In this document: positions 8,988-18,709 of the stretch, one piece after another | Layout of the letters: the number at the start of each line of letters is the position of its first letter | Position numbering within the stretch: position 1 is the stretch's first letter | Origin: an uncultured bacterium | GTDB taxonomy: Bacteria > Bacillota_I > Bacilli_A > RFN20 > CAG-826 | Reading direction: 5' to 3' | Assembly (NCBI GenBank): GCA_949299195.1 | Contig: CASFZN010000017.1 | Location: 3,714 to 67,713 of the forward strand | DNA length: 64,000 bases | Notes under the pieces: model-generated | Seen by the model: only the letters and a program-made list of their open reading frames with translations | The model's database searches: none | Told to the model about the DNA's origin: nothing | Made by a program: the position numbers and the translations under genes

Positions 8988-10451
8988 CTAATTATATTTA
9001 TTTTCTAAATCAGTAAGTTCTTGATCTAATTCATCGATTCTTGTTCTTGCTTCTTCAATTGCTGCATTTGCTTCTTCTAAAGCAAAATCGATATCTTCTT
9101 TATATTCTTCAAATTTTGCCTTATTTTCATCAATTTGAACATTTAAATCATCAAGTTGTTCTTTCATAGCATCAATACTTGCTTTTCCATCTTGATATAA
9201 TCCTTCCATTGAAGCATTGATTTGAGAAACGTTTTCTTCATATAAATGATTGAATTCAGCAATAATTTTCTCATATTCATCAAGTAAATTAATACTTGAA
9301 GCACTTGAATAACCTAAATCTAAATTGAATAAACCACTTATTATCGAATTATTTGAGAAATAAACTAAATATTTATCAACACTATCTCCGGCATTTTCTA
9401 AAGCATCAAAGGTGGATTCAAGTCTTGAACAATATGCATCATATTCTTCAATTTCATCTTTTGCGGCTTCGAAGCTAGTAATGAATGTATTATATTGGTT
9501 TTTAATATTATCAATTTCATCCATATATTGTTCTTCCAAATTAACCGCTTCTTCTTGAGCGGTGTTAATAGCTTCTAAAACATCGTCAATTTCACTAACA
9601 ACATCACGAAGATGAGACTTTTCAGTTGAAGTAACTTTAGGATTATTAATTAAAGCGTTACATCTTGATTTATAATCATTTAAAGTAACTTCCATTTCGC
9701 TTGATTCAGTTTTTAATGCATCGACTTCCTTTAAAGTTTCATCGATATAATTCATCATTTCATCAAGTTCACCTTTAGTAGCTTCAGTTTCAGAAATCAT
9801 ATTATCAGCTTCTAAAAGTAAAAGTTTAATATCATCATATGAATCATCTAAATTCTCTTTATTTCCCATATAATGAAGGGCAGAAGATACTTCATGTCCT
9901 CTTTCACCCATTTGATAATAAGGACTAATAGCTAAAGTTAAGAATAATAACATATGAATAGAGGTAACAATTCCTCCTAAAAGTCTTTTAAGCCATTTCT
10001 TATTTTCAAAAATATCACGGCCTTTAAAGGCACATTTTTTAATAATTGCATAAATTGCCCAAGCAATTCCATATGCCAAAAGGAAACTTATTAGTGCTGA
10101 AGCAATAAAACAAACATAACTTAAAGCGCCAGAAACTACAGCATTATAATAAGCATCATCTAAATAAATTCCACTAAATAAATACGCGTCATACCCTAAA
10201 GCATTTCCAACGCCACTTAATTCAGTGTTTACAGTTTCTAAATAACTTACTATTTCAGGTCCTAATGATTCTAACGATACATTAAATGCAGTTAAAATGC
10301 CTGGCGTAACGGCTGCTAAAAGGAAATATATGCCATAAGTGAACCCAACATATAATAAAAGATGGATTCCACACATTATTGGATTTCTTAAAAATACACC
10401 AATAACTACCCCAATTATTAATAAGGAAAAGAAAACAATGTCAACGATCAT
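8988..10451 (-). CDS. Hypothetical membrane protein: CvpA-like N-terminal domain with 4-5 transmembrane helices, fused to an acidic coiled-coil C-terminal region of about 300 aa
   Basis: The start was moved to MIVDIVFF (ATG at 10451) because AAAGGAG lies 11 nt upstream. The C-terminal half is heptad-like and rich in E, D and K. Confidence 0.5.
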   Translation of the reverse strand: MIVDIVFFSLLIIGVVIGVFLRNPIMCGIHLLLYVGFTYGIYFLLAAVTPGILTAFNVSLESLGPEIVSYLETVNTELSGVGNALGYDAYLFSGIYLDDAYYNAVVSGALSYVCFIASALISFLLAYGIAWAIYAIIKKCAFKGRDIFENKKWLKRLLGGIVTSIHMLLFLTLAISPYYQMGERGHEVSSALHYMGNKENLDDSYDDIKLLLLEADNMISETEATKGELDEMMNYIDETLKEVDALKTESSEMEVTLNDYKSRCNALINNPKVTSTEKSHLRDVVSEIDDVLEAINTAQEEAVNLEEQYMDEIDNIKNQYNTFITSFEAAKDEIEEYDAYCSRLESTFDALENAGDSVDKYLVYFSNNSIISGLFNLDLGYSSASSINLLDEYEKIIAEFNHLYEENVSQINASMEGLYQDGKASIDAMKEQLDDLNVQIDENKAKFEEYKEDIDFALEEANAAIEEARTRIDELDQELTDLENKYN

Positions 10452-10679
10452 AATTTTTACACTCCTTTTACTATTATATACTTTGGAAGAAATCTTTTTT
10501 ATTTCGAATTTAAAGAATTTTTCCAAAATATAGGAAAATGGGTCAATATTTGACACTTTTTACTATAAAATTATAACGAAATTGTTAATTTTTAGGTTAT
10601 ATACAAATTGGGTTAACATTTTATTTATTCAATAATTTGATAATAATATTAAAATTTATATAGTTTGAGGTAGATATAT

Positions 10680-11297
10680 ATGAAAGTTTTATTAATTAAC
10701 GGAAGTCCAAATAAAGAAGGCTCAACAAATGAAGCCTTAAAAATTATTGCTTCTTCTTTAAATGAAGAAGGAATTGATTGCGAAATTGTATGGCTAGGAA
10801 ATTCATCAATTAATGACTGCATCGCCTGTAGAAAATGTAGTAAGCTTAATAAATGCGTTTTTGATGATGTTGTAAACGAAGTTGCAGTTAAATGTTATGA
10901 AGCTGATGGATTCATTTTCGGTTCGCCAGTTTATTTTGCTCATCCTAGTGGAAGAATTCTTTCCTTTTTAGATCGAATTTTTTATTCTCATCGTAAAGCT
11001 TTTTCTTATAAACCTGCTGCATCAATTACAGTTGCTAGAAGAGCTGGAACAACTTCTACTTTCGATGTTTTAAATAAATATGCATCAATTTCTTCTATGC
11101 CAATTATTTCTTCTTCCTACTGGAATATGGCTTTTGGAGCTAAAAAAGAAGATATTCATCAAGATTTAGAAGGAATTGACACCCTTATTAATATTGGTAA
11201 AAATATGGCATGGATTTTAAAATGTATCGAACTAGGAAAAGAAAATGGAATTGATCATCCTATAAATAAAGCTAGAAAGACGAACTTTATTAGATAA
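10680..11297 (+). CDS. Flavodoxin-like NAD(P)H-dependent FMN reductase / iron-sulfur flavoprotein family protein
   Basis: N-terminus MKVLLINGSPNKEGST with a compact Cys cluster CIACRKCSKLNKC; SD GAGGTAG. Confidence 0.55.
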   Translation: MKVLLINGSPNKEGSTNEALKIIASSLNEEGIDCEIVWLGNSSINDCIACRKCSKLNKCVFDDVVNEVAVKCYEADGFIFGSPVYFAHPSGRILSFLDRIFYSHRKAFSYKPAASITVARRAGTTSTFDVLNKYASISSMPIISSSYWNMAFGAKKEDIHQDLEGIDTLINIGKNMAWILKCIELGKENGIDHPINKARKTNFIR

Positions 11298-11357
11298 TTT
11301 TAAGAGTCGAACATATTTTTGTGGCGTAATTTAGCGGAAAATATAAAATATGGTCAT

Positions 11358-11388
11358 ATAAAAACGCGATGGTTATCGCGTTTTTATA
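11358..11388. terminator. Bidirectional rho-independent terminator
   Basis: Stem ACGCGAT/ATCGCGT with loop GGTT, flanked by AAAA and TTTTTAT. It serves the flavodoxin-like gene on the plus strand and the tyrS-tRNA unit on the minus strand. Confidence 0.7.
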
Positions 11389-11474
11389 GTTCGAGCGAAC
11401 AAAGATCTTTTTATTACTGCCTCATTTAGATAATAAAAAAGTTCAACGTAATAGTCGAACTAAGTCTTTATAGA

Positions 11475-11550
<76 letters not shown>

Positions 11551-11566
11551 ATTTGTTTTAAATAAA

Positions 11567-11642
11567 TGGCGGACCAGACGAGAATCGAACTCGCGATCTC
11601 CACTGTGACAGAGTGGCATGTTAACCGCTACACCACTGGTCC
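11567..11642 (-). tRNA. tRNA-Asp (anticodon GTC), CCA encoded
   Basis: The minus-strand sequence GGACCAGTGGTGTAGCGGTTAACATGCCACTCTGTCACAGTGG...GTTCGATTCTCGTCTGGTCCGCCA has anticodon loop CTGTCAC. Confidence 0.85.
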
Positions 11643-11714
11643 GTTTCGAATATATTTAAACACACTTTCGCGTGCTTAAATATAATATCACAAGAGCTCG
11701 GGTAAAAACAAGCA

Positions 11715-12968
11715 CTATTTGAACACAACTAAATAATAATTTTTCTTACCGCGTCTAATAACTAAATATTTATTATATAAAGATAAATCTTTAGTAATTA
11801 TTTCTAAGTTGTCAGTATGTTTTTCGCCGTTAATTAATAAAGCGCCGTTTTTAATAAATTCTCTTGCTTCTCTTTTTGAAGATGCAGCTTTAATATGAAT
11901 TAATAAATCTTCTAAACTCATTTCAGTTTCAACTTCAACCTTTAAAGAACCAAATAATTCGTTAATTCCTTCTTCACTTAAAGAGGAAATTTCATTAGAG
12001 AATAAAACTTCACTCATCTTTTTAGCTTCAATAGCTTTTTCTTCTCTATGAACAGTTTTAGTAACTTCATATGCTAAAACTTTTTGAGCAATTCTTTGGC
12101 CTAAGTTTGCTAAATGCTCTCTTTCAATATTTTCAATTTCTTCTTTTGAAAGGAAGGTGAAAACTTTTAAATATCTAACAGCATCTTCATCGCTTTGATT
12201 GATAAAGAATTGATAGAGTTTATAAGGGGAAGTGAGATTTGGATCTAAAAATAATGCACCATCTTCACTTTTACCAAACTTTTTACCATCGCTTCTGGTA
12301 ATTAAGTGAGCAGTCATACATTCGGCTTCAGCTTCAGTTCCTTCAAGTTTTCTAATTAGTTCTAATCCGGCAGTTAAATTACCCCATTGGTCACTTCCGC
12401 CGATTTGAATATGACAATTCTCATCCTTATATAATTTATAGAAGTCAATTGATTGAAGGGTCATATATGAAAATTCTGTTAAAGAAATTCCGCTTTCTAA
12501 ACGAGAAGCAACAATGTCCTTATTAATCATGTAGTTGATATTAAAATATTTAGCATAAAGTCTTAAATATTCTAATAAAGATAATTTAGATAACCAGTCA
12601 TAGTTATTTAACATAATTCCTTTTTCTGGATCATCTAAATCTAAGAATCTAGATAATTGAGCCTTAATACATTCGGTGTTTTCTTTGATTTTTTCTTCGG
12701 TTAAGAAACTTCTTTCTTTAGATTTTCCACTAGGATCACCAATCATTCCGGTTGCACCTCCTGCAACTGCAATAATTCTATGACCTGCTTTTTGAAGTCT
12801 CATTAAAATAGAAATCATAACAAAGTTACCAATATGCATACTGGATGCACTTGGGTCAAAACCACAGTAAACTGTTTGTTTTTTATTAAACATTTCTTTG
12901 ATATGTTCTTCGTTAGAGTAGTCTTTAATTAAGCCTCTCCAATTTAATTCATCAATAATATTTTCCAT
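11715..12968 (-). CDS. tyrS: Tyrosine--tRNA ligase
   Basis: HIGH (HIGN) and KFGKS motifs plus a C-terminal S4 domain; 417 aa. The 58-bp upstream gap leaves no room for a T-box. Confidence 0.9.
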   Translation of the reverse strand: MENIIDELNWRGLIKDYSNEEHIKEMFNKKQTVYCGFDPSASSMHIGNFVMISILMRLQKAGHRIIAVAGGATGMIGDPSGKSKERSFLTEEKIKENTECIKAQLSRFLDLDDPEKGIMLNNYDWLSKLSLLEYLRLYAKYFNINYMINKDIVASRLESGISLTEFSYMTLQSIDFYKLYKDENCHIQIGGSDQWGNLTAGLELIRKLEGTEAEAECMTAHLITRSDGKKFGKSEDGALFLDPNLTSPYKLYQFFINQSDEDAVRYLKVFTFLSKEEIENIEREHLANLGQRIAQKVLAYEVTKTVHREEKAIEAKKMSEVLFSNEISSLSEEGINELFGSLKVEVETEMSLEDLLIHIKAASSKREAREFIKNGALLINGEKHTDNLEIITKDLSLYNKYLVIRRGKKNYYLVVFK

Positions 12969-13026
12969 AAATTAATATTTCTTCTTTCAATATCTATAAA
13001 AATTTAAATACCACTATTTTATTTAA

Positions 13027-13737
13027 CTAATCGCGATATTTAATGTAGGTTTGTCTACCATTTTTTTCAATTTGAACAATAGCGATAATATCAATTTTAT
13101 TAATTACTTCGCTTGTTCCATCTTCATAAGTGACTTCAATTTCATCTTCACTTACTTTTTTAGTGAATTTGCCTAAGTTTTTCTTACTATTTTTTAAACT
13201 TAATAAGTCACCTTCATGAATTCCATAGTTAACAATACTTGTAACAGGGATTCCTAACTTTTTATAGCCTTCTAAACTTCTTAGTTCAATTAAGAATAAT
13301 CCCATAATTGGAATACCACCTGCTTCTTTAACTAAATCAACCATTGCTTTAGCACTTCCGCCTGTAGCAAGTAAATCATCTAAAATGATGACTCTATCTC
13401 CTGGATTAATAGCGCCAACTGGAATTTCAATTGAGCTATGTCCATATTCAAGGTTATAAGTAACTTTATGGCCAACTAAAGGTAATTTTCCTGATTTTCT
13501 TGCTAATACTAAACCCTTATTATTCATTGAACATAAAGGTGCAGCAAAGATGAATCCTCTACTTTCGGCAGCAATAATCTTATCCCAGTTATCATAGCTA
13601 GGAAGTTCCTTATTTAAGTCCATAATAACTTGATGGAATACATCGCCATTTGCAAGTAATGGAGTGATGTCTCTAAATTTAATTCCTTCGATAGGAAAAT
13701 CGTTAATAGTACGAATATATTCTACATAAATATCCAT
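13027..13737 (-). CDS. apt: Adenine phosphoribosyltransferase with an extra C-terminal domain of about 65 aa
   Basis: N-terminus DIYVEYIRTINDFPIEGIKFRDITPLL plus a PRPP-binding loop. The start was moved to MDIY because AAAGGGG lies 7 nt upstream. Confidence 0.8.
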   Translation of the reverse strand: MDIYVEYIRTINDFPIEGIKFRDITPLLANGDVFHQVIMDLNKELPSYDNWDKIIAAESRGFIFAAPLCSMNNKGLVLARKSGKLPLVGHKVTYNLEYGHSSIEIPVGAINPGDRVIILDDLLATGGSAKAMVDLVKEAGGIPIMGLFLIELRSLEGYKKLGIPVTSIVNYGIHEGDLLSLKNSKKNLGKFTKKVSEDEIEVTYEDGTSEVINKIDIIAIVQIEKNGRQTYIKYRD

Positions 13738-13805
13738 AATAACCCCTTTAATTAACATTTTTAAAAGATTATTTAATAAAATAACCTAAAGTATTATATA
13801 AAATT

Positions 13806-14807
13806 TTAAAATCTAGTAGAATCTTTTTTCACATATATTGCTTCAATTCGATATTCTTTTTCAAATAACGTATTGTTAATTAGATCACTAAGCATATACA
13901 TTGCGCGTCTTCCAACCTCTTGCATATCGATATAGAAGTTAGAAATAGTAGGTCTAATAATTGAAGAATATTTGGTACCAATAAGTGATAAAACTTCGAT
14001 ATCTTCTGGAATACTTAATCCTGCATCATGAGCTGCGTTTAATACTGCTGCGGCAATAGAATCTCGATATGCAATGACATATTCCTTTCTTTTTTTCTTA
14101 AATCTTTCTTTAAAATCTAGATAAGTTCTTTGATAACTATCATCGCAATTTATAATGTCATATTCACGGTCATTTTCTAAATGAGTTTGGATAAATGCGT
14201 TTTCAATTCTTGATAATAATCGACCTGCGTTATGAACATGAAGGAAGGTCATTTTCTTATTACCTTTAACAAAAAAATCTTTTAACGCTCTTTTAAAAAT
14301 ATGTTCATAGCCAAAGTTAATACATGCAATTTTACTAGCTACGATTCTATTATTTACAGCAACTACTGGAACTGCGTAAGAGTTAAACATCTCAATATCT
14401 TCTTCATTTAATTCATCATCGAAGACGATTACTCCATCAGCATGAGATTTAATTGCTTTTTCGATTGAATTTATCGCATCTAATCTACTATGAGATGTGG
14501 TATATAAAGTAACTGTAAAATTATTTTCCTTACAGACTTCACAAATACCAGTTAGCATATTTGAAATATAAACATAATTGGCACTAGGAATAATAACTCC
14601 GATATTAGTTGATTTATTCGTTGCTAAAGCTTGGGCTAATCCACTTGGTTTATAGCCTAATTTCTTAATGACCGATAATACTTTATTGCGAGTTTCTTCT
14701 TTAACTGAATCGGTATCATTAATGACTCTTGAAACTGTTGCTAAAGAGACTCCTGCTGCTTTGGCAACCTCATATATAGTAACTCTGTCTTTAAAATCGC
14801 CACCCAT
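13806..14807 (-). CDS. ccpA: LacI-family transcriptional regulator, CcpA-like
   Basis: HTH motif VTIYEVAKAAGVSLATVSRVIN. It sits next to tyrS in a Bacillus-like yt-region arrangement. A -10 TATAAT lies only 10 nt upstream of the ATG, so the mRNA may be leaderless. Confidence 0.65.
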   Translation of the reverse strand: MGGDFKDRVTIYEVAKAAGVSLATVSRVINDTDSVKEETRNKVLSVIKKLGYKPSGLAQALATNKSTNIGVIIPSANYVYISNMLTGICEVCKENNFTVTLYTTSHSRLDAINSIEKAIKSHADGVIVFDDELNEEDIEMFNSYAVPVVAVNNRIVASKIACINFGYEHIFKRALKDFFVKGNKKMTFLHVHNAGRLLSRIENAFIQTHLENDREYDIINCDDSYQRTYLDFKERFKKKRKEYVIAYRDSIAAAVLNAAHDAGLSIPEDIEVLSLIGTKYSSIIRPTISNFYIDMQEVGRRAMYMLSDLINNTLFEKEYRIEAIYVKKDSTRF

Positions 14808-14829
14808 ACATCACTATTATATTAAAGTT

Positions 14830-14846
14830 ATGAAAATTTTTCATTA
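14830..14846. promoter_or_regulatory. cre-like palindrome site 1 (core TGAAAATTTTTCA), overlapping the -35/spacer of the ccpA-like promoter
   Basis: Perfect 13-bp core palindrome. A 16-nt stretch, tgaaaatttttcatta, is identical to site 2. Confidence 0.5.
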
Positions 14847-14870
14847 TTTTTTTACATTAAAATTAATATA

Positions 14871-14900
14871 AAAAAATGCGATAACTATCGCATTTTATTT
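14871..14900. terminator. Bidirectional terminator downstream of ytpR
   Basis: Stem AAATGCGAT/ATCGCATTT with loop AACT, flanked by AAAAAA and TTTATTT. Confidence 0.65.
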
Positions 14901-14929
14901 ACTTAATTATTAGTTAATAGAAAATTATA

Positions 14930-14946
14930 GTGAAAATTTTTCATTA
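14930..14946. promoter_or_regulatory. cre-like palindrome site 2 (core TGAAAATTTTTCA), exactly 100 bp upstream of site 1
   Basis: The 13-bp core is identical to site 1 and sits just 3' of the ytpR stop codon. Confidence 0.5.
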
Positions 14947-14949
14947 ATT

Positions 14950-15567
14950 TTATAAGCACTTAAAGAAATCATCACCTACTTTATATAAACTTTCATCAAG
15001 TTCAAGTAAGCCATAGATATTTTCATATCCTTTAAGTCCGAGTTCCCTTCCGCTACAAAGCATTCCATAGCTATCTACTTTTAATAATTTAGAAGGAACA
15101 ATTTGAGTTCCATCCCCCATAAAGGTAAAAGGAAGTGCGCATACACATAATAAATCTTTTTTGGCGTTAAAAGCACCACAAACAATAGTTAAAGGTTCTT
15201 TATCACTTCCTACATCAACCTTACAAATATGGAGGTGTTCACTATCTGGATGTTCCTCGATATCGATGATTCTAGCAACTCTATAGCCACTTTCTTCTTT
15301 ATAAGGAAGAGTGATAAAGTTAGCGTTTTTTAAAGCAAAATTAATAACATCAATAACTTCTTTATTTACTTCTTTAATTAATCCTTCAGCCTTTATTTTT
15401 ACAATATTTGAAACATTAAAAATGTTATATCCTACTAAAGTATCATCTTTAAAAAGTGCGACAATATCACCATTTTTTAATACTTTATTAGGTAATAAAG
15501 AAGGTTCAATCTCGATGATAAGAGTATCTTTTAAACTCTTATAGTTATAATATAATCCGTAATTCAT
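14950..15567 (-). CDS. ytpR: YtpR-family tRNA-binding protein (CsaA/EMAP-like OB-fold domain)
   Basis: Motif EEHPDSEHLHICKVDVG...TIVCGAFN; 205 aa. Confidence 0.7.
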   Translation of the reverse strand: MNYGLYYNYKSLKDTLIIEIEPSLLPNKVLKNGDIVALFKDDTLVGYNIFNVSNIVKIKAEGLIKEVNKEVIDVINFALKNANFITLPYKEESGYRVARIIDIEEHPDSEHLHICKVDVGSDKEPLTIVCGAFNAKKDLLCVCALPFTFMGDGTQIVPSKLLKVDSYGMLCSGRELGLKGYENIYGLLELDESLYKVGDDFFKCL

Positions 15568-15574
15568 AATGTCT

Positions 15575-16639
15575 TTAGTTATATTTATCTTCCTTTAATT
15601 CAATATATTTTTCGTAATTTATATTTTCAAGCATATATTTTAATGAATTTTTAGCATAAATAAAGTCTAAAGTATCAATTACTGTTGAAGGAGTGTGAAT
15701 ACTTCTTCCAACGATACAATGAGGAATAGTTAAAATGTTTTTAGGAGCTAAACTTGCGGCATTTGTTGTTCCTAATGTTGTGAAATATTGATATTTACCG
15801 TTAGTTTTTATAACTGCTTCTTTTTGATATTCAATAAAAGCATGAGGAGCAATATAACCCCTATCAATAATTCTTAATAAGACTCCTTCTCCTAATTTAC
15901 CTAAGCCTTGATTGAATTCATCTTCAGCTCTAGAGCAATCAAGAGCAAAAGCAATGTCAGGATTAACTCGAGTCAAAACTCCTTGAATCCCTCTTAATCC
16001 TAATTCTTCTTGAACAGAAAAAGATGCATATAAATCATAAGGAAGTTCTTTATCTTTAAGTTCGTTTAAAATATCTAAAATCAAAATAACTCCATATCGA
16101 TCATCGATAGCTTTTGAAAGAATTCTTTTTCCTTCATTTAAAAATTGAATTTCGCCTTTAATAGCGACCATATTTCCTTCAGATACACCATTATTAATAG
16201 CTTCATTTTTAGAAGAAAATCCAAAATCAGCTTTTAAATTATTTTCATTCACTTCGCCTTTAATATTAGAAACGAATGTTCCTTCAAAATATTTTTTATC
16301 AAATGTTTTAAGTAAGATTCTAGTTCCTAAAAAGTTTGAATAATCCATTCCTCCAAGAGGATAAATGGAAATTAAGCCGTTTTCTTCGATCTTTTTAACC
16401 ATAAAACCTACTTCATCCATATGAGCATCAAGTAAGATTTTAAATTTATTAGGGTTATTTTTACTTTCTTTTAAAGCAATAACGTTACCCATATTATCTT
16501 TAAATATTTGAAGATTTAATTTTTCTAATTCTTTAATAACATAGTTTGCGACTTCTTTTTCTTCGCCACTTACTGCGTTTAGTTGAGTAATTTCTTTAAA
16601 ATATTTAATTTCTAATTCATTTAATAACTTAGTTTCCAT
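15575..16639 (-). CDS. M42-family metallopeptidase (glutamyl aminopeptidase / YtoP-like)
   Basis: LLDAHMDEVGFMV signature. The start was provisionally moved to METKLL because GAGGA lies 11 nt upstream; the alternative start is 16666. Confidence 0.7.
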   Translation of the reverse strand: METKLLNELEIKYFKEITQLNAVSGEEKEVANYVIKELEKLNLQIFKDNMGNVIALKESKNNPNKFKILLDAHMDEVGFMVKKIEENGLISIYPLGGMDYSNFLGTRILLKTFDKKYFEGTFVSNIKGEVNENNLKADFGFSSKNEAINNGVSEGNMVAIKGEIQFLNEGKRILSKAIDDRYGVILILDILNELKDKELPYDLYASFSVQEELGLRGIQGVLTRVNPDIAFALDCSRAEDEFNQGLGKLGEGVLLRIIDRGYIAPHAFIEYQKEAVIKTNGKYQYFTTLGTTNAASLAPKNILTIPHCIVGRSIHTPSTVIDTLDFIYAKNSLKYMLENINYEKYIELKEDKYN

Positions 16640-16646
16640 ATCTTTT

Positions 16647-17300
16647 TTATTCCTCACTATTTTCATTTAAATTTCTTACTTTTTTAGCGATTATTCGATT
16701 GATTTTGATGCCACTATCTATATATCTTCTTTCAAATTCTGTTTCTGCATCAAAATCATTTTCTTTAACAAAGTAATTATTATCATCTATTAATAATTCA
16801 AAACCAAATTCAATGAATTTGGATTTTGAATATAAATAGAAATCATAATTATCACTTTTATAGTAGATATTATGACTCATTTTTAAGATATAAAGATAAA
16901 CTTTAATAAAATCATCATAGGTTAATCTTCTTTTTTCATGACGTTTCTTTCCCCAAGGGTCGGAAAAGTTTAAAAATATTCCTTCAATAGATTCTTTTTC
17001 GATTATTTCTTTAATTTTAAAGAAATCATCAGCAATCATTTTGACGTTAGTAATTTCTAAATCATCAATTTTTTTAAGGGCAATTCCTGCAACTGTATGA
17101 TTAATTTCGACAATTAAAAAATTAAATTCAGGATGTTTTCTTGCCATTTCAATGATAAATTGGCCTTTTCCTGGGCCTATTTCTATATAGGTAGGTTTTT
17201 CGTTAATAAAAGAAACTATTTTTTCTTTATCTTCAAGAGTAAAAATATTTTTAGATTCTTTTAAATAATCTACTGCCCATTGTTTATATTTAGTTCTCAT
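16647..17300 (-). CDS. trmB: tRNA (guanine46-N7)-methyltransferase
   Basis: Motifs IEIGPGKGQF and NFSDPWGKKRHEKRRL; 217 aa. Confidence 0.85.
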   Translation of the reverse strand: MRTKYKQWAVDYLKESKNIFTLEDKEKIVSFINEKPTYIEIGPGKGQFIIEMARKHPEFNFLIVEINHTVAGIALKKIDDLEITNVKMIADDFFKIKEIIEKESIEGIFLNFSDPWGKKRHEKRRLTYDDFIKVYLYILKMSHNIYYKSDNYDFYLYSKSKFIEFGFELLIDDNNYFVKENDFDAETEFERRYIDSGIKINRIIAKKVRNLNENSEE

Positions 17301-18651
17301 CTAAATTACCTAATGCATAAATTGCGTGAGCATATAAAGACATTGAAGTATAGAAATCTTCAAGATCTATTTTTTCGTTTTCATCATGAATATGATCTTC
17401 TTTTCCAGGGAAATGAGAACCAAAAGCTATAGTATTTTTAGCTTCTTTTGCATAGGTTCCGCCGCCTATTGTCATCATTTTATTAACAGTATCGCCAGTT
17501 TCTTCAACATAAACTTTCGCTAATTCTTGAATGAATTTATTCTTTTCTGGATCAAAATATAAGACTTCGCTTGGTTCTGCAAAAGTAATTTTAAATGGTG
17601 AAGATTCTTGTAATTTTGTTTTAATTTTTTCAATTTCTGCGTTTTCAGGGTATCTAAAATTAACAGTCATTGAAAATTTATTGTTTTCATAAGAAATTAA
17701 ACCGACGTTATAAGTTGTTTCACCTAAATTTTCACTTTTATAGTAACAATGTAAGTTTTTTCCGTTTACATTTTCGTATTCATTGGCCAATAATTGTAAA
17801 TATGGCTCGTTATAGCAATCTCCTAAAGTAGAAAGAGCGATAATTCCGGCATTTATTCCTAAATGAGGTAATGAGCCATGAGCGGCTTTGCCTTTAAAAA
17901 TATAGGTATCTTCAGCAACTTTTTCAACTTCAATTCTTGATCTTCTTCTTAAATAATTATCTAAAAGTTGAGGATTTCTAACCTTTACTTCTGCTTTATC
18001 GATGACTGAATTTGAAACAACTCCTGCTTTAATATAAACAATATCTTTAAAAGAAATTTCACCTTCATAGATATAATTCATAATTCCTTTTTCGCCATAA
18101 ATAAGAGGGAAGTCGCCATCTGGAGTAAAACCGTATGTTGGGTCTTCTTTCTTTAAAACTTTGAAATAATATTCTAAACAAGATGAGCCTCTTTCTTCAT
18201 CGCCACCAAAAACAAGTCTAACTCTAAAATTCTTAATTAATCCAGCATCTTTTAAAGCTTTTAAAGCATAATATGAAGCAATTCCTGGACCCTTATCATC
18301 GCTCGTTCCTCTAGCATAGATTTTTCCTTCTTCAATAGTTGGAGTAAATGGATAATATTTCCAATTTCCTGAAACTGGGACTACATCTTGGTGAGCAAGA
18401 ATATAAATTAATTTCTCTCCTTCACCACATTCAATTTCTAAACATCTACCATCACAGGTATCAACCTTGAATCCGTCTTTTAAAGCAACTTCTTTTAATA
18501 AATCAAAACAAGCTTTAACTCCTTTTCCATAAGGAGCATTTTCAGAAATGGTTGAAGCATCATAAATACTATTAATTGAAAGATCTTTCATTAATAAATT
18601 TAAAGCTTCATCGTTATATTTTTCTACCAATTTTTTAAAATTAATATCCAT
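17290..18651 (-). CDS. pepV: M20A-family dipeptidase (PepV-like)
   Basis: Motifs HQDVVPV, GTSDDKGP and GGDEERG; 453 aa. Confidence 0.7.
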   Translation of the reverse strand: MDINFKKLVEKYNDEALNLLMKDLSINSIYDASTISENAPYGKGVKACFDLLKEVALKDGFKVDTCDGRCLEIECGEGEKLIYILAHQDVVPVSGNWKYYPFTPTIEEGKIYARGTSDDKGPGIASYYALKALKDAGLIKNFRVRLVFGGDEERGSSCLEYYFKVLKKEDPTYGFTPDGDFPLIYGEKGIMNYIYEGEISFKDIVYIKAGVVSNSVIDKAEVKVRNPQLLDNYLRRRSRIEVEKVAEDTYIFKGKAAHGSLPHLGINAGIIALSTLGDCYNEPYLQLLANEYENVNGKNLHCYYKSENLGETTYNVGLISYENNKFSMTVNFRYPENAEIEKIKTKLQESSPFKITFAEPSEVLYFDPEKNKFIQELAKVYVEETGDTVNKMMTIGGGTYAKEAKNTIAFGSHFPGKEDHIHDENEKIDLEDFYTSMSLYAHAIYALGNLDEN

Positions 18652-18709
18652 ATCAAATTAATTCCCTTCAATTCTTAAAAATTATACATCTTTATCTTAT
18701 TTTTATAAA

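Noticed and set aside
12969-13026. T-box leader upstream of tyrS
   Set aside because: The 58-bp gap to apt is too short and contains no T-box sequence. tyrS is probably co-transcribed with apt.
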